Source: a virus
Length of the DNA stretch: 5,640 bases
IMG/VR virus record: IMGVR_UViG_3300045988_004629
Coordinates: 1-5,640 of that record
Strand: one strand, 5' to 3'
The translations under genes were made by a program, and so were the position numbers. Of the stretch, positions 4,430 to 5,640 are shown piece after piece (within the stretch, counting starts at the first letter, position 1; each line of letters opens with the position of its first letter). The notes beneath the pieces are model-generated. The model searched no databases, was not told the origin of the DNA, and saw only the letters and a list, made by a program, of their open reading frames with translations.

Positions 4430-5274
4430 TACTTTAGTTTATCCCTCCAAAATTCTATGTTTTTGTTTCCGATAAAGTCTCTTCCGGGTTTGTATTGGAG
4501 TTCGTCTTTGGATGGTTTTCTTCCTGCGCCGCCGCTGGCGGCGCTGTTTAGGTTGCTGAGGTCGTTGAAGACGTCCTTGAATGCATTAAACGCTTTGTCT
4601 GCGCTTGTGTGCTGCCAGCTTGTCGCGTCTCCGACCGCTTGTGCCGCGTTGTACCAGTTGCTTTCGCTTTTGCTCCATGTGTTGTTGTGGTTTTGGCTTA
4701 CCCCAAGAGCGCTTGCGCTTGCCGCACTGCTGCTTGCGAGTCCCATGCTTGCCCCGCTGATGGTGCCTTGCGCGCCTCCCGGAGTGCTTGCGCCGCCCTG
4801 TTGGTATGCTAAGATAGGGTTGATGCCAGCTTTTCGCATGTCTTCTACAGCTCGCTGATAAGCTGTATTGCTCATTTGTTCTTGCCAAGCTCTGTTTTTG
4901 GCTGCTTCTGCGCTGTTGTAGTTCATCGCCGCATTGTTGCTTATCTGGTTATACACGCCCTGTGTGATTGCTGCCATGGTGTTATAGCCCATTTGCTCGA
5001 ACATGCTTTTGCGGTTAAACTTCTGCTGGCTTTGCATATTGCTTTGAATTGCTCCAAGCATACTATTCCAGTCTTGCAGATTTTGCTCTCGGTTTACGCC
5101 GCTGGCGGCGTTGCTTTGGCCTCCGCCTTGGCTATAGCTTTCGTTGTGCTGTTGGCTTCCTCCGTTGCTTTCGGTCATGTTACCGCCTAGCAGTTTGTTT
5201 ATTCCCCAACTTGCTACCGATGGTAGTATTGCCTTTCCTATTCCGAGCAATGCGCTTCCAAGCCCTGCTAACAT
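4429..5274 (-). CDS. VP2: Minor capsid / DNA pilot protein VP2, 281 aa
   Basis: The N-terminus MLAGLGSALLGIGKAILPSVASWGI is hydrophobic, and the body is rich in Q, N, S, A and G. The block WQEQMSNTAYQRAVEDMRKAGINPILAY matches the conserved pilot-protein block (QE.MSNTA.QR.V.D...AG.NP.L) as I recall it. Its position directly after VP1 also fits. Confidence 0.85.
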   Translation of the reverse strand: MLAGLGSALLGIGKAILPSVASWGINKLLGGNMTESNGGSQQHNESYSQGGGQSNAASGVNREQNLQDWNSMLGAIQSNMQSQQKFNRKSMFEQMGYNTMAAITQGVYNQISNNAAMNYNSAEAAKNRAWQEQMSNTAYQRAVEDMRKAGINPILAYQQGGASTPGGAQGTISGASMGLASSSAASASALGVSQNHNNTWSKSESNWYNAAQAVGDATSWQHTSADKAFNAFKDVFNDLSNLNSAASGGAGRKPSKDELQYKPGRDFIGNKNIEFWRDKLK

Positions 5275-5308
5275 AAATAAATAAACCCGGGGTTTTGCCC
5301 CGGGCTTT
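5275..5308 (-). terminator. Intrinsic terminator/attenuator hairpin between VP1 and VP2
   Basis: The minus strand reads AAAG-CCCGGGG-CAAAA-CCCCGGG-TTTATTTATTT. The all-GC 7-bp stem (5286-5292 with 5298-5304) extends to AAA/TTT with one bulge. The T-rich tail runs straight into the VP2 ATG. Confidence 0.65.
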
Positions 5309-5315
5309 CCTCCTT
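5309..5315 (-). promoter_or_regulatory. Consensus Shine-Dalgarno AAGGAGG, 34 nt upstream of the VP2 ATG
   Basis: cctcctt on the plus strand is AAGGAGG on the minus strand. It directly abuts the base of the extended hairpin. No start codon follows it at normal spacing. Confidence 0.5.
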
Positions 5316-5321
5316 TCGTGT

Positions 5322-5640
5322 TTAGTGATGGTCGACGAGTCCCGGAATGCTGTACATAGGCATAGGTCTGACGCTGGTGTTGTCAATGACCGTGTCCATG
5401 ATAAACTGAGGTTCATTGTCTACTGCCAAAGTGCGCTGAATTTCGGAGTCTCCTTCCTTCATCCATGCTTGACTCAGGCTCGGCGTCTCTGTGTATTTGT
5501 CACCGTAGTGCCAACTGTCCAACGTCCCCTGTGCGTTGCTTCGGAATTTTCCGCTGATTCTGTTAGGTTTCATGCGGTATTCTGCCCACGCCTCTTGGTA
5601 GCCAAATGCCTGTTCATCTGTGCTCGTACCAGTGAGATAC
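5322..5640 (-). CDS. VP1: Major capsid protein VP1, C-terminal part (5586..5640 duplicates 1..55)
   Basis: The same frame reads ...YLTGTSTDEQAFGYQEAWAEYRMKPNRISGKFRSNAQGTLDSWHYGDKY...VRPMPMYSIPGLVDHH, ending at TAA 5324..5322. This is a typical gokushovirus VP1 C-terminus. Joined length is 1389+264 = 1653 nt, or 550 aa. Confidence 0.93.
   Translation of the reverse strand, partial: YLTGTSTDEQAFGYQEAWAEYRMKPNRISGKFRSNAQGTLDSWHYGDKYTETPSLSQAWMKEGDSEIQRTLAVDNEPQFIMDTVIDNTSVRPMPMYSIPGLVDHH
5586..5640. repeat. Terminal direct repeat, copy 2 (identical to 1..55)
   Basis: Exact 55-nt match to the window start. This is redundant sequence, not a biological repeat. Confidence 0.95.

Noticed and set aside
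4586-4888. 100-codon alternative-frame ORF inside VP2 on the coding strand, very R/K/H-rich, as a possible overprinted gene
   Set aside because: It starts at TTG with no SD, and the first in-frame ATG is near the end. Its basic composition is what a frameshifted reading of GCN/CAG/AGC-rich codons produces. Long stop-free alternative frames are common throughout this genome. It would only be worth revisiting if the frame is conserved in relatives.
4194-5276. Plus-strand ORFs 4194..4391, 4457..4858, 4609..4812, 4876..5190 and 5049..5276
   Set aside because: They are antisense to VP4 and VP2. Their Ala/Leu/Cys-rich products mirror the Q/A/S/G codon bias of VP2. No RBS and no motifs.
5180-5416. 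Minus-strand 78-aa ORF spanning the VP1 end, the intergenic hairpin and the VP2 start
   Set aside because: It is out of frame with both genes, runs through the terminator hairpin, and has no RBS.

Overview
The window holds one complete, circularly permuted ssDNA phage genome of the family Microviridae (gokushovirus-like). It is given as the reverse complement of the coding (virion-sense) strand. Bases 1-55 are repeated exactly at 5586-5640, so the unit genome is 5,585 nt, and the major capsid gene is split across the window ends. All credible genes are on the minus strand. In transcription order they are: a 59-aa ORF, a possible 35-aa ORF, a 73-aa ORF, a 39-aa basic J/VP8-like DNA-binding protein, VP5-like, VP3 scaffold, VP1 capsid, VP2 pilot and VP4 Rep (HUH endonuclease). 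Three of these (59, 39 and 35 aa) are absent from the supplied ORF track, apparently because they are shorter than anything it lists. Several genes use GTG, TTG or possibly CTG starts, with overlapping stop/start junctions. The plus-strand ORFs in the track look like antisense shadows. The most unusual part is the 528-nt intergenic region (2882-3409). It contains six hairpins, eight same-orientation TCAACA iterons (three in a 9-bp tandem), a 23-nt pure A/T tract, an alternating purine-pyrimidine GC hairpin, a Rep-proximal terminator hairpin whose loop carries ACTTGATA (as I recall it, the core of the phiX174 origin), candidate divergent promoters, and a 27-codon very hydrophobic ORF with a Shine-Dalgarno-like site. 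Other points are a terminator hairpin between VP1 and VP2 that could bridge a distant AAGGAGG to the VP2 start, and a roughly four-fold depletion of GATC. No integrase, tRNA, CRISPR array or defence system is visible. All functional calls rest on motifs recognised by eye, not on database searches.
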